Shown: piece after piece, positions 53,397 through 64,000 of the stretch
Numbering within the stretch: position 1 is the first letter of the stretch
How the letters are laid out: each line of letters starts with the position of its first letter
From: Cycas panzhihuaensis
Lineage: Eukaryota > Plantae > Cycadophyta
Reading direction: 5' to 3'
NCBI GenBank assembly: GCA_023213395.1
Contig: CM041465.1
Coordinates: 79,553,741-79,617,740, forward strand
DNA length: 64,000 nucleotides
The notes under the pieces: generated by a model
Databases searched by the model: none
What the model was told of the DNA's origin: nothing
The model's input: only the letters and a program-made list of their open reading frames with translations
Position numbers and translations under genes: made by a program

Positions 53397-55968
53397 TGAT
53401 AAAAATTAGAATTAATCTAACACCCGGAAAACAGATATCAGGATCTTTATTCTCTATATCCAACAAACATAAACTCGTCAAATATATCATGAACCCATTC
53501 AAATGAACATAATATGTTGACGGATTAGAAATTGGATCTAACTCAAAATAATAACTAAATCAAATTAATTGATGACTGATACAAAATTCTGGCAGAATTT
53601 AAACTCTCACCAAAAGCCTCATTTCTATTACATGAGTGTAGATATATCCTTAATTTATAGAGGGCTCAATGTCTATCACTTTACAAATAGTGGATGTGGA
53701 TTGAACCTCACATGTTCACACTTCATTGGGACTCATATTACTAAATCTCATTGGATGGGTATGAGGCCAAGGTGGGGTGATGACTCTCAACTAGGAAGTA
53801 CAATATTAAGTCATAACTTAAGTTACAATTTCACATTATCTAAATAAAGTGACTAATTTTACACAATAGTACATTAAGGAGTTGTTATATTTTGACGTCA
53901 TCCCTTAATGGCAATTTCATTAATCTTGACACCAAAGTTGTGGTGAAAACTTTCAAACTTTGGTTTATCAAATGCTTTGATGAAGATATCTGCAACCTAG
54001 TCTTCAATTGGTCCGTACACAAGATTAATTTCTCTATCTTGCACATGTTCACAGTTGAAATGATGATAGACCTCAATGTGCTTTTTACACACTTTATGAC
54101 ATGCTTTATGTCTTCCAATGGAGCCATCTACATGATACTTTGTTTTGTAAAGGCTTCTTTCCTGAAGGCAAATTAATGAGCTCCCAAGTATTATTTTTTA
54201 GGATGGAATTCATCTCTTCATCCATAGTAACTTGCCATATTTGATCTTTGACTACCTCCTCAAAGATGGAATGCTCAGGAGCATTGAGAACTTGTGCTAT
54301 TAGAGCAAAGTTTGTAGTATGCCTTAATTTGGATTGCCTTTTTTGTACTATAGGAGGTGAAGGTGCATCTACCATGACTTGTAAGTACCATGTAGGAAGT
54401 TTCTTAATGCTTTTGACTTGTTCATCTTCTTAATACAAATATGGTAATATAGATGTCGATATAGAAGCAGATAGAGATGCAAGAAGAGCAAATGAAGAAC
54501 TTGGAGTATATAAAGTTGAAGGAGTAGAAGTGACCTGTATTGGTGTAGGAGGGACTTCTAAAATATCATCATCAACAAGCGGTATTCCAAGACAATAATT
54601 CCTCCTCTGGTTCACTGTCGTATGCATCCATGCAACAAGATCCTCCAAATTTATGCACTCGATCATTCTTTCAATTAATGTTCTTCTTGTGCACATTCAG
54701 TTGTATATTGGCCCGAAAGACGTTGTGGGTATCATTGAAGAAGACTCCAAGATATGAGGCCACACGGAACAATTGGCAATTTGCAAGAGCCTGTGTGGTC
54801 ATAGTTCAGTCCTTCCAGCAATTGGTAGTCACATTGGCTTTGTAACCTATCATCATTAAATTGTCATAAAAAAATGCCATTTAACTTTTAATATTTCATT
54901 GCTATCCAAAATAATGAAGCACCGATGATCGCGATCCCTTGCTATTACAATGGCTTTCATTCCTCTTTTTTTTAGAAAGTCCACTTAGGTGCCTAAGGAT
55001 TCAAGGTCTTTATGCAACTGTCCCTCTATTATGCCTAGGGTTTACCCTATATAACCATGGTCTGTCCTCTAACTAGCTACAATGAGGTGGAATCAAGTGG
55101 ACACAAAATTTTCAGCAGATTTCCTAAGAGAATGAGAGATTTTTCCTTTAGTTGGAATGTTGTTCTGTATCTATAGAAGAATGGCTTCAGGCTGTTCATT
55201 TAGTAATTGACTTCACTTAACATTTCAACACAAGACTTAGCAGGTATAGACCTTTTACTTTCAAGCAGAATTCAATGGATGACAAAATCATTCATATGTC
55301 ATCAACTTCCCACTTCACAAATTTATACCAGCACAAAGCTCTCTTCAAAATAAGCAAAGGAACAGTATTACCTGGAGTGATTTTGTCTTGCATCAAGCTT
55401 GGCACAATTTGGAACAACGATGGCCTTAGGGCACCTTCCCAAAAACAAATCCTCAACCAGCAAACAGCTCTACAAAGCCACCTCTCTACACATCAATAAT
55501 TTGATGAACCTGCACAATGAAGACCTTGACAAGGAACCTGCTCTGATACCATGTTAAACTTTCAACATGGAAGGCATTCAACAACAACACCAATCAATAA
55601 GATCAATGAACAAAGCATGAACTATATTAACTCAATTCAAATATGATTATATCATAATACTACTGCACCATAGATTCAACATGAGTCTCCATGATGACTT
55701 GATAACTCTACTCTACCTCACCTGCCTATTTATACATCATTGGTGGGAATACATAAGTGAGGTGAGTTACATGTGGGACAAATAACCATTGTCATACCTA
55801 ATGACTATTCACCTACTAACTGACCAATGACCTTATAACTACTTACATAACATTATTATAATGTGAGACCCTTAGACCCTAACACAATACTTAGGACTAT
55901 GACTATATTGACCCTAAGGCACAACTTACATCCCAATACATATTTACATTAAACATTATCTTCTAACA
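53397..55968 (-). mobile_element. Heavily deleted, possibly chimeric copia D (family of copia B): LTR 55552-55968, PBS, leader, INT-RT linker, RNase H tail, PPT, LTR-like ~53397-53898
   Basis: PBS rc gctctgatacca 55540-55551; EEMNSILKNNTWELINLP; KHIEVYHHF...VADIF.KA; PPT rc attaagggatga ~53899-53910. The two LTR-like ends do not obviously align. Confidence 0.75.
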
Positions 55969-56727
55969 CAACAATATTCTCAAGAGCAAGTAAGAGAATT
56001 TAGTCACATTGTCCCCAAAGATGGAATGGTGTCAAATCCAAAGAAAACCCAAACCATAAAGGAATCACCAATTCCTAAGAATATTCGTGAATTGTGGAAT
56101 TTACTTGGTCTTGCAAATTTCTACAGTAAGTTTGTTTAGGGTTATTATCAATGTGTAGTATCTCCTCAAGCTGATTTGTTAAAAAGGGATTCTAAATATG
56201 CTGGGTTGGATGTTCACTAATTGAGTTTTTATTTATTAAAATAAAATTTCACAACTGCCCTAGTTCTATCCATTTTTTATCCATTAAAACCATATTTATT
56301 ACGTACTAATGGTAGTGGGTAAGCTATCAAACTTGTGTTGAGGAATATTTTTGGCACAAAGGATGGACATTATGAATTTTTAGTCATGCCATTTGGATTA
56401 ACCAATGCTCTTACTACATTTATAAGGTTGATAAAGCATACTCCATCCTTATCTGAATAAATTTGTTGTTGTTTTTATTGATGATATACTTATTTTTAGT
56501 AAAAAAAAATCAAGAACACCATGAACACCCAAGGAAGGTGTTATAGATCTTAAGCGAGCATAAATCGTATGCAAAGCTATCAAAGTATGATTTTTTTAGG
56601 AATGAGTATTTTGGTCATGTTGTCTTCGATGATGGAGTAGTGCTAGATCTAAAAAAGGTCCAAGCCATAAAAGAGTGGTCCATTCCCAAGGATGTGCATG
56701 AATTGTGAAATTTTCTTAGTCTTGTAA
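55969..56727 (+). pseudogene. Gypsy RT/RNase H fragments (two diverged tandem segments, junction ~56341); target of the L1 insertion
   Basis: LGLANFY..FV at ~56105; [15 protein letters not shown] at ~56365; FIDDILIFS at ~56475. Confidence 0.85.
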
Positions 56728-56871
56728 TTTTTTTTTTTTTTTTTTTGATATGGTAAAAAAATGAAGGGGTTTTAAAAGGGTCCCAACCCTATTACAAAAG
56801 TTGCATTTCGGCTAACAAATATGCCATGACAAGCCCATGGCCTAGCTATCCACTACCCTCCATCCCTTAAT

Positions 56872-57185
56872 TGTTGGACTATGGTTGGTTCACTTGTCGA
56901 TGAGTCCTCTTCCCAAAATCACCCATGGGCTTTTGGTGTAACGAGAAGTCACAAGTGGTATCAAAGCCCAGGTTCAAGGTTCAAATCCCGCGCATATGCC
57001 GGACAAAGCCCCTTTCCTTGATGGGGTCCCCATGTACCCTCGATTCAGGTGGAATTGTAACACAGGCAATACGTGCTATGGCAGCCTCCTCGTCACGGGA
57101 GAGTGTTGGACTATGGTTGGTTCACTTGCCGATGAGTCCTCTTCCCAAAATCACCCACGGGCTTTTGGTGTAATGGCAAGTCACA
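56872..57185 (+). mobile_element. 314-bp micro LTR retrotransposon (TRIM/SMART-like) in the L1 3' UTR
   Basis: 82-bp LTRs 56872-56953 and 57104-57185 (TG..CA, 5 differences). PBS tggtatcaaagcc from 56956, PPT gggagag 57097-57103, TSD ttaat/ttaac. Confidence 0.93.
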
Positions 57186-57274
57186 TTAACTAACCCAACC
57201 CTGCCACGACAAGCCCAATGGCTAACTTTTATCTCCAACATAGAGGAAGTTTTCCATATCTATTTTCACCAGAT

Positions 57275-60200
57275 TCAATATCTCTTCCGGGATATCCTCT
57301 CTCCATACCCTGGATCTCTCTTAAAGACCCCCCAATTGGCCAACTTATTGGCTACCCCATTCCCTTCTTTGTACATGTGGCAAACCTGAGAGCTCTCTCT
57401 GGCCTTAAGAGCTTCTTGAACATCTCTTATCATGCCTTCAGTATACCAATCAGCCCCCATTTCCCCTCTGAACATCTTGATCGCATTTAAAGAGTCTCCT
57501 TCAATAATCACCTTTTCGCAGCCTTCCTCTAAGGCCATTTCCACCACCCTTTGCATAGCCTTAAGATCCGCCCTGTGGTTGGTCTATTGCCCATAGTACT
57601 CTGCATAAGCCCATAGAACTCGACCTTCCAAATTTTTACATAAACCACCCCCTCCAGCCTCTCCAGGGTTATCTTTTGAAGCTCCATCAAAGTTAATTTT
57701 AACCCCATTTGCCAATGGGGGACACCAGGTGCATTTTCTTCTCAAATCCATTGTGGTCTTGGGTCTATCTATCCCCCATTTCTCCATGATACTTCCCTCA
57801 GGTTTCGTGATGCACTTCTCTTTTGTAATTTTAATTGACTCCACAATTGCTGCACAAATAATTCCATGGAGTCTAAATTCATCCATTTCCTTCTCTTGAA
57901 AATTTCTCTTGTTTTGTTCCTTCCAAAGATTCCACAGTAGCATTGGCAATGTGCTATTCCAAACATAATCCAAAGTCCTACTTCTGAAAGGGCACTTCCA
58001 CATCATCACTTGTTCTTTAAGAGTCTTGGGGACCACCCACTTCATCCCAAATTGGTCCCATATGAACATCCAGACTTTTCTGGAGTAGGAACAATGGAAG
58101 ATGATATGGTCCAACAACCCCTCCTCCTTTTTACATAATACACACCTATTTGGCATAACAAAGCCCCTCCTTCGAAGGTTATCCACCATCAATATCTTGT
58201 TTCTCAAACATAGCCACCAAAAAATTGCAACTTTGGGGATTAAACCCATCTTCCACACTCCTTCTAGCATTAAATTCTTAGAGGCCCCCCATTCCTTGAA
58301 GATAGTCTGGTACCCCTGCTTCACCAAGTACTCCCCTAAAGGAGAGGAAGCCCATACTATGGAATCAACCCTTGCTATTTTGGGGATATAGCATTGGTCT
58401 ATCTCTTTTTTAAGTGCAGTAATACCCTCCCTTGTGTCTTGGTCCCCTTGCAAGTCCTTAAAAGTTCTCCAAGATCTAGCTCGACCCTACCCCTCCCAAT
58501 AATTCTTAACTTTTTTACCATAAGATCTCTTGCAAACATTTTGCAGATGGCCAACGTGAATCCTACCGTTCAATTGAGTGTTACCACACCACACATCCTC
58601 CCAGAAATTTATAATTTCAACATCCCCCAACTTCCACCTCAATCCAGAAGCAAGGATTGGTCTCGATTACAACAAGCTTCTCCATATCGGCGATCTGGAA
58701 GCAACTTCAACGTCCTCATTCAAGAAATGCTTCCCCCCAAGATATTTATGCGAGAGGATTCTTTCCCATTGTCCCCCTTCTTCCTTCTTCAATCGCCATC
58801 CTGATTAAGCCACCAAGGCCCTGTTAAAAGAGGTCAATCTCCAAATATTAAGCCCACCTTCCCATCTAGGGAGACAAACTTTCTCCCAAGTCACCAAGTG
58901 AATCCTGATTTTGTCTTCAACCCTCGACCAAAGGAATCTTTTCTGGATGCCCTCCAGAGTCGTTAAAACTTTAGTAGGTATCCTAAATATCGACATCATA
59001 TATATCGGGATACTCTGAAGAGATGCAAATAACAATTGGACTTTACCAGCTTGACTTAACAGGGAGCCTTTCCATCCTGCTAGCTTCTTTTGCATTTGGT
59101 CAATAATGGGGTTCCATAACTCCCTAGCCATCTTACCTACAAACTGAGGCATCCCTAGGTAGGTTTAGGGTAGGGATCGGATGGGTATTTCCAACAACCT
59201 GTTGATTTTTCTTTGTACTCTCTCCTTAGCATTTACAAAAAAGACGTTGCTCTTCTCCAGATTTATCTTTTGGTTTGTGGCTCTCTTAAATCTATGGAGT
59301 CCTCCTTTAATAGCCTGCGCTTCACCCACAGCAGCCTTCCCTAACAAAATGTTATCATCGACAAATTGGTCATGAACTATATTATCTATACCTGAAGTGG
59401 GCTTTATCCTTGTTATCAAACCTTTCCTCCTAGCTTTCTCTGTGGCCCTCCCCAAAATTTCAGCCATGATAATAAATAGATAGGGAGATATGGGGTCCCC
59501 TTACCTTAACCCTTTAAAGCCAAGAAAAAAAGCTATCTAGGTACCATTAATTAGGACCGAATATTAGGGCTTAGAGATACAACATACTACCCACTTCCTC
59601 CAAATGTCTCCAAAACCAAACGCTTGGAGACAATCAATTAAACAGTCCCATGACACTCTATCATATGCTTTAGAAAGATTGATTTTCACAATAATACCTA
59701 GCTCTTTCCTCTGATAAGTAGAATGAATCGTCTCATGAATAACTATTATGCCATCCAGGATTTGTCTCCCCTTCACAAATCCATCCTGGTTTGGAGATAT
59801 AGTCAGACGAAGAAGCTTCTTAAGTATGTTGGCTAAGCTTTTAGCCAAGATTTTGTACTTCACATTGCAAAGGTTGATAGGTCTAAACTCCTCCATTGAT
59901 TTTGCTCCCTCTTTCTTTGGTATCAATACTGAAAATGTAGCTTGTCACTCCTTCAATATTATCCTTTTCTCATGAAATTCATCTAGGTCCATTTTTAAGT
60001 CTTCCTTAATTATGTCCCAATAATCCTGAAAGAAACCCAAGGGGAATCCATCTGGACTAGGCACTTTGTCCCTTCTCATCCCAAAGAGGACCTTTTCCAT
60101 CTCCTCCATAGTAAACAACTCCTTCAACAACTTGTTCTGCTCATCATTTAGCAACTTGGGGATGCATCTCATAACCTCCCCCCTAGTCCCGACATCTTGG

Positions 60201-61442
60201 CATCCTAGTTCTTCAAATAGCTCCTTGAAATAATCTGTTGCTATACTCTTAATTTCTTCCTCCACCCTAGTTTTTGCCCCTTCTCTATTATTTAGCTTGC
60301 TTATTCTGTTGCAAGCCCTGTGCTTTAGAGTGGTCATGTGGAAGAACTTTGTGTTCCTGTCCCCCTCGACCAACCAGAGGGCCCTAGACTTTCGTCTCCA
60401 ATAGATTTCCTCCTTTATCAGGATGTCCTCCAAATTTCTAAGGAGAGATATCTCCGATTGATCTAGCGTCTAGGATCTGCCTTCCTCTTGGATCTTCCCC
60501 TCGATCTCTTTTAACTCCCCAATAATATGCCCCTTTGCTTCAAAGATATTACCATAAACCTCTTTATTCCAAACTTTAACTTGTCTCTTCACCCAATTCA
60601 ACTTCTTCGAGAATCTAAACATAGTGTGCCCTTCTATCAGCTTCCTCCACCATTCCTCAATCCAGTTCCTAAGCTTCAAATGCTTAGTCCACATAAGTTC
60701 AAAACGAAAGGGAGTGCCAAAGTGTTTCTCTATGGTATTATATTCAAGCAGCAGAGGAGAGTGATCATACGCCACCTTGGGAAGAGCATCTAATGTAATA
60801 TCATTATGGAGATGGGCCCATTCATAGTTAATCATAACCCTATCTAGCTTTACCTAGATATGGTGATTCCCTAGTCTTCTGTTTGACCAGGTATACTTAG
60901 CCCCTTTTAGCTGAACATCCATCAAGCCCCCCTTTTTGGAGAAAATCTCCCAAATCAGTCATACTTTTTGTCCATCCCTCTTGTCCCCCTTTTTTCCCCC
61001 CATGAGACTAGGAAGTATTGAGGTCACTTGCCACTAGCCAAGGACCTTTCCAATCTTAATGAGCCTCTAGAATTCTATCCCAGAGGTTCTTCCTGCCTTC
61101 CACCACTGTGGGGGCATATATAGTAGTAGCTATCCATCAGAGATTCGTCCTTCTGTAGGTTAGCCAAACAGACGTAAAGTGATCATCCTGGGCACAAACC
61201 TCTCCATGCCAAACCTTCGGATTCCAAAGGACAACCATTCCCCCAGATCCTTGACTAGCATCCTTCGCTATCATCTCCGCTTTCCTCCATATCTTGTTTT
61301 TAACCTCTAACCTTTTATCTCTCTCCAATTTTTTTTCTTGCAACATGAGTATGTCCAATTCCATCCTTATACGTAGCTCTTTTATAGTCCTTTGCTTGGA
61401 GGGAGCATTTAGGCCCCTAATGTTCCAAGAGATAATCTTCAT
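57275..61442 (-). pseudogene. L1 ORF2 (APE endonuclease, RT, zf-RVT, RNase H) with scattered stops and frameshifts
   Basis: MKIISWNIRGLN; DHSPLLL; EGDRNTKFFH; FRPINLCNV; LSKAYDRV; QFVDD; RCVLCKKE...HIIFHC; KINFDGASKDNPG; IIEGDS; HMYKEGNGVANKLAN. Confidence 0.95.
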
Positions 61443-61444
61443 AA

Positions 61445-62822
61445 ATCTCCCTAAACCCTCGGGCTCCCCTACCTACACTAATGCTTCATCTTTTACTTCT
61501 TAATGTTGGTCCCTCACCTCCCCCCTCCCTTGGGGTTCGTTGATATCCTTGATCAATTTGAGATACGGCCTCCCCTTCTCTGACCATCTTCTAGGTGGGT
61601 CTTCCAACCCTTTTATCACTACCCAGATCTGGGCCTCTTCACTGTCCTATGCCCCTCTGCTCCTCCTCCGGGTCCTTATCCTTGATTTTCCACATACGGT
61701 TTACATTCATTGACCTTCCTCCCTACCCATAGTAGGTAGGCCCCCTTATGGTTGATGCCTTTCTTGAATCTCACGAGGGTCCGGGCTTTCAACCCCAGTC
61801 TCCTCTACCCCTCGAGAACCCTCCTCTAACCTCTCAACCTGGAAAAGCTCCTCCCCTTCCTCAAAAAGGCTGTCCTTTTCATCCAAGTTCACAATCTTAA
61901 CCTCCCCCATCATCCCCTCGACCTCCTGTGAAACATCTGGTCTAGTCTCCTAAATCTCTTCTTTTTCCTACTCCCCTGCCCGTTCTTTCTCTTCTAAGAT
62001 ACCAGGAGTACTTTCTAAATTCAAACTTCTCTCACCCTCCTTCACTCCTCTCTCTTCTTTCTTCATCTCTCCTCAGCAGGTCAAGGGAACGTACCTAAAA
62101 TGTTTATAGATGGAGCATCTTACATTGTCCAATTCATAGACCAGGTTCTAGTCCTTACTCCATCCTTCTGTTTCAATTCTCACCAAATCTTAGAGTCTTT
62201 TGTGTAGTCTTGCCAGCACGCAAAATCTGGCATTAATCAACCTACTCCTATTTTTGGTAGCAGAGTCAATAGCCAACAATGGTCCTATGGCTTTCACCAC
62301 CCCTTTTATCACATTAAGATCCCACACCTATAGTGGGAGCCCTGGCATATGAACCCAAATTAGGGCATGCTTCACTGTTGGCACTGACAGATCGAAATCC
62401 GGGTGCCACTTCTCCAAGAATACTGCTTTTCTACCCAACATCCAAGGTGATTTCAAAAGGGTACTTATCATATCTTCCTGGTTTACAAATCTAAATAAAA
62501 TGCACCCCTTAGAAAGTGCCATTACCTCCACTAGATTTTTAATCTTCCATTTGATAACAAGCCATTTTCTTATGTTGTCTAGACCTGGTCTAGGTCTCGA
62601 AAATTTCCCTACCAAACTATTTTCCCAGTGCTTCTCGTTCCTCTCGATGAGTCTCTTCAGAATGGGGATTTTAATTAAGTCATTCTGAAAGATGGGGTTT
62701 ATTTCATACTGTTCCATCTCTCCATTTTTTAAAGCATCCCGATAGGATCTTTCTAGAAGGGGAGTTTGAGTCTGATTTAAAAGATTTATTTCTGAATCCT
62801 CCATTATAGAAAGCCAAAACAA
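61445..62822 (-). pseudogene. L1 ORF1 (DUF4283 RRM-like domain plus degenerate zinc knuckle)
   Basis: LVGKF.RP...W...KG.ILFRF...D....L.KSPWMLGRKAVFLEKW.PDF...IWVHMPGLPL. Confidence 0.88.
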
Positions 62823-63509
62823 ATCTACTCAAACCAAGAAACTCCAAAAACATGAAGCTACAAGTTTATCCAGACTACTCACCCAAACCCTTGAAGCTGC
62901 ATGCATTCCTTTTAACTATTGGATTAGTTGTCGTCCAAACTGTCCTTCTAAGAATAATCAAATTTTTTAGTCTTTGAAATTCTCTGATGAAGTATCTATC
63001 TTCCTTTGGCTAGCCACTCCGCATTTGCATCTATAATAGTCTGATTCGCTTAACCCATTGTTGTGTCCTATTTTCCGTTAGAACATAGTCACCTCCTCAT
63101 TGATCCTCCTCGTTTTGCCATTCAATAGTGGTCTACAACTCTAACACACCCTCGATCCATCACACATTAGGGACAGAAGTGAGCTACATCGCAGCCTGAG
63201 GAAAAACTGTAGCCTCACACCCATCTGGGGGAGGGACCTCCGCCTCCTCCAATACCGATTCCAACCTCCTATTTCTTGGTCATCATTGCCGCTGCAGGAA
63301 CCCTAGTAGAGCGCATTTGTTAATCACCCAAAGGTTGATTTTTCATCATTTAAAAGAGACCGTTATATTTTGTTCAAGTTTTATTATAAAAATGGAACCC
63401 CATTTGTAGAAATATTCCAATCTGTTTAAGGCCCATTCAATACCATTTTCTCTTGTTCTATGTATACATCCAAAACCACCAAAAAGATGTTTCAACCCAT
63501 TTATCTCTA

Positions 63510-64000
63510 TTCTTAGTCTTGCAAAATTCTACAAGAAGTTTGTTCAAGGTTATTCTTGCCTTGTAGCTCCTCTAACTAATTTGTTAAAAAGATATTCTAA
63601 ATATGATTGGTTGGATGTTTATCAATTGAGTTTTGATTTGTTAAAAAAAATTGACAACTACCCTAGTTCTATGTATTTCTAATCCATCAAAACTATATAT
63701 ATTGCATATTGATACTAGCGGGCAAGCTATTAGAGTTGTGTTGATGTAGGAAGTTCATGTGGTGGCCTACAAAAGTCGAAAAATGAATCCCATTGAATAG
63801 AGACATTCCATTCTTAACCAAGAATTGTTGGTAGTGATTCATGCCATCAAGACCTGAAAACACTATCTAAAAGCCAATGAGTTTGAGGTATATATATATA
63901 TCACAAACCATTGGTTTATTTTTCTCCAAAAGTGGTATTAAATTCCTAGCAATATAGGTGGGTAGTGTTGTTCCAAGAATTCTAGCCAAAGATTGTGTAT
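63510..64000 (+). pseudogene. Gypsy RT connection/RNase H, continuation of 56341-56727
   Basis: VVAYKSRKMN; QELLVVIHAIKT*KHYL; HKPLVYF. Confidence 0.88.

Larger units (their letters stand above)
56728..63509 (-). mobile_element. Full-length L1-clade LINE with RNase H, poly(A) tail and 15-bp TSD
   Basis: T19 at 56728-56746. TSD ttcttagtcttg(t/c)aa at 56713-56727 and 63510-63524. The interrupted gypsy frame (FLSLAKFYKKFVQGY) resumes at 63510. Confidence 0.96.

Noticed and set aside
56950-56995. tRNA gene
   Set aside because: Only A/B-box-like pieces are present, with no acceptor or anticodon stems. The segment is the PBS region of a micro LTR element.
58101-60793. Several plus-strand ORFs of 60-136 aa
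   Set aside because: They are antisense shadows of L1 ORF2.

Overview
This is a gene-free, AT-rich, CpG-depleted region of nested retrotransposons from a large-genome land plant. A gymnosperm or fern is my inference; the species cannot be determined from this window. In order, it contains: (1) a decayed non-L1 LINE (1-1850). (2) A two-LTR non-chromovirus Ty3/gypsy element (6096-14191, minus) with an odd domain order: protease, two tandem capsid-like Gag modules, RT, RNase H, integrase, extra 3' ORF. (3) Several truncated gypsy and copia elements that appear joined by one large deletion near 21195. (4) A three-LTR tandem copia array (29483-51007) whose middle LTR was hit by a chromovirus (36678-48332). 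(5) Inside that chromovirus, a young pol-less copia-type element (41267-45848) with an intact half-Gag/acidic-tail ORF at its 3' end, flanked by a 517-bp direct duplication instead of a 5-bp TSD. (6) An RT-deleted copia derivative (53397-55968). (7) A full-length RNase H-bearing L1 LINE (56728-63509) with a 15-bp TSD, whose 3' UTR carries a complete 314-bp micro LTR retrotransposon (82-bp LTRs, PBS, PPT, TSD). I found no host protein-coding gene, rRNA, tRNA or CRISPR array. All coordinates and mismatch counts were read by eye.
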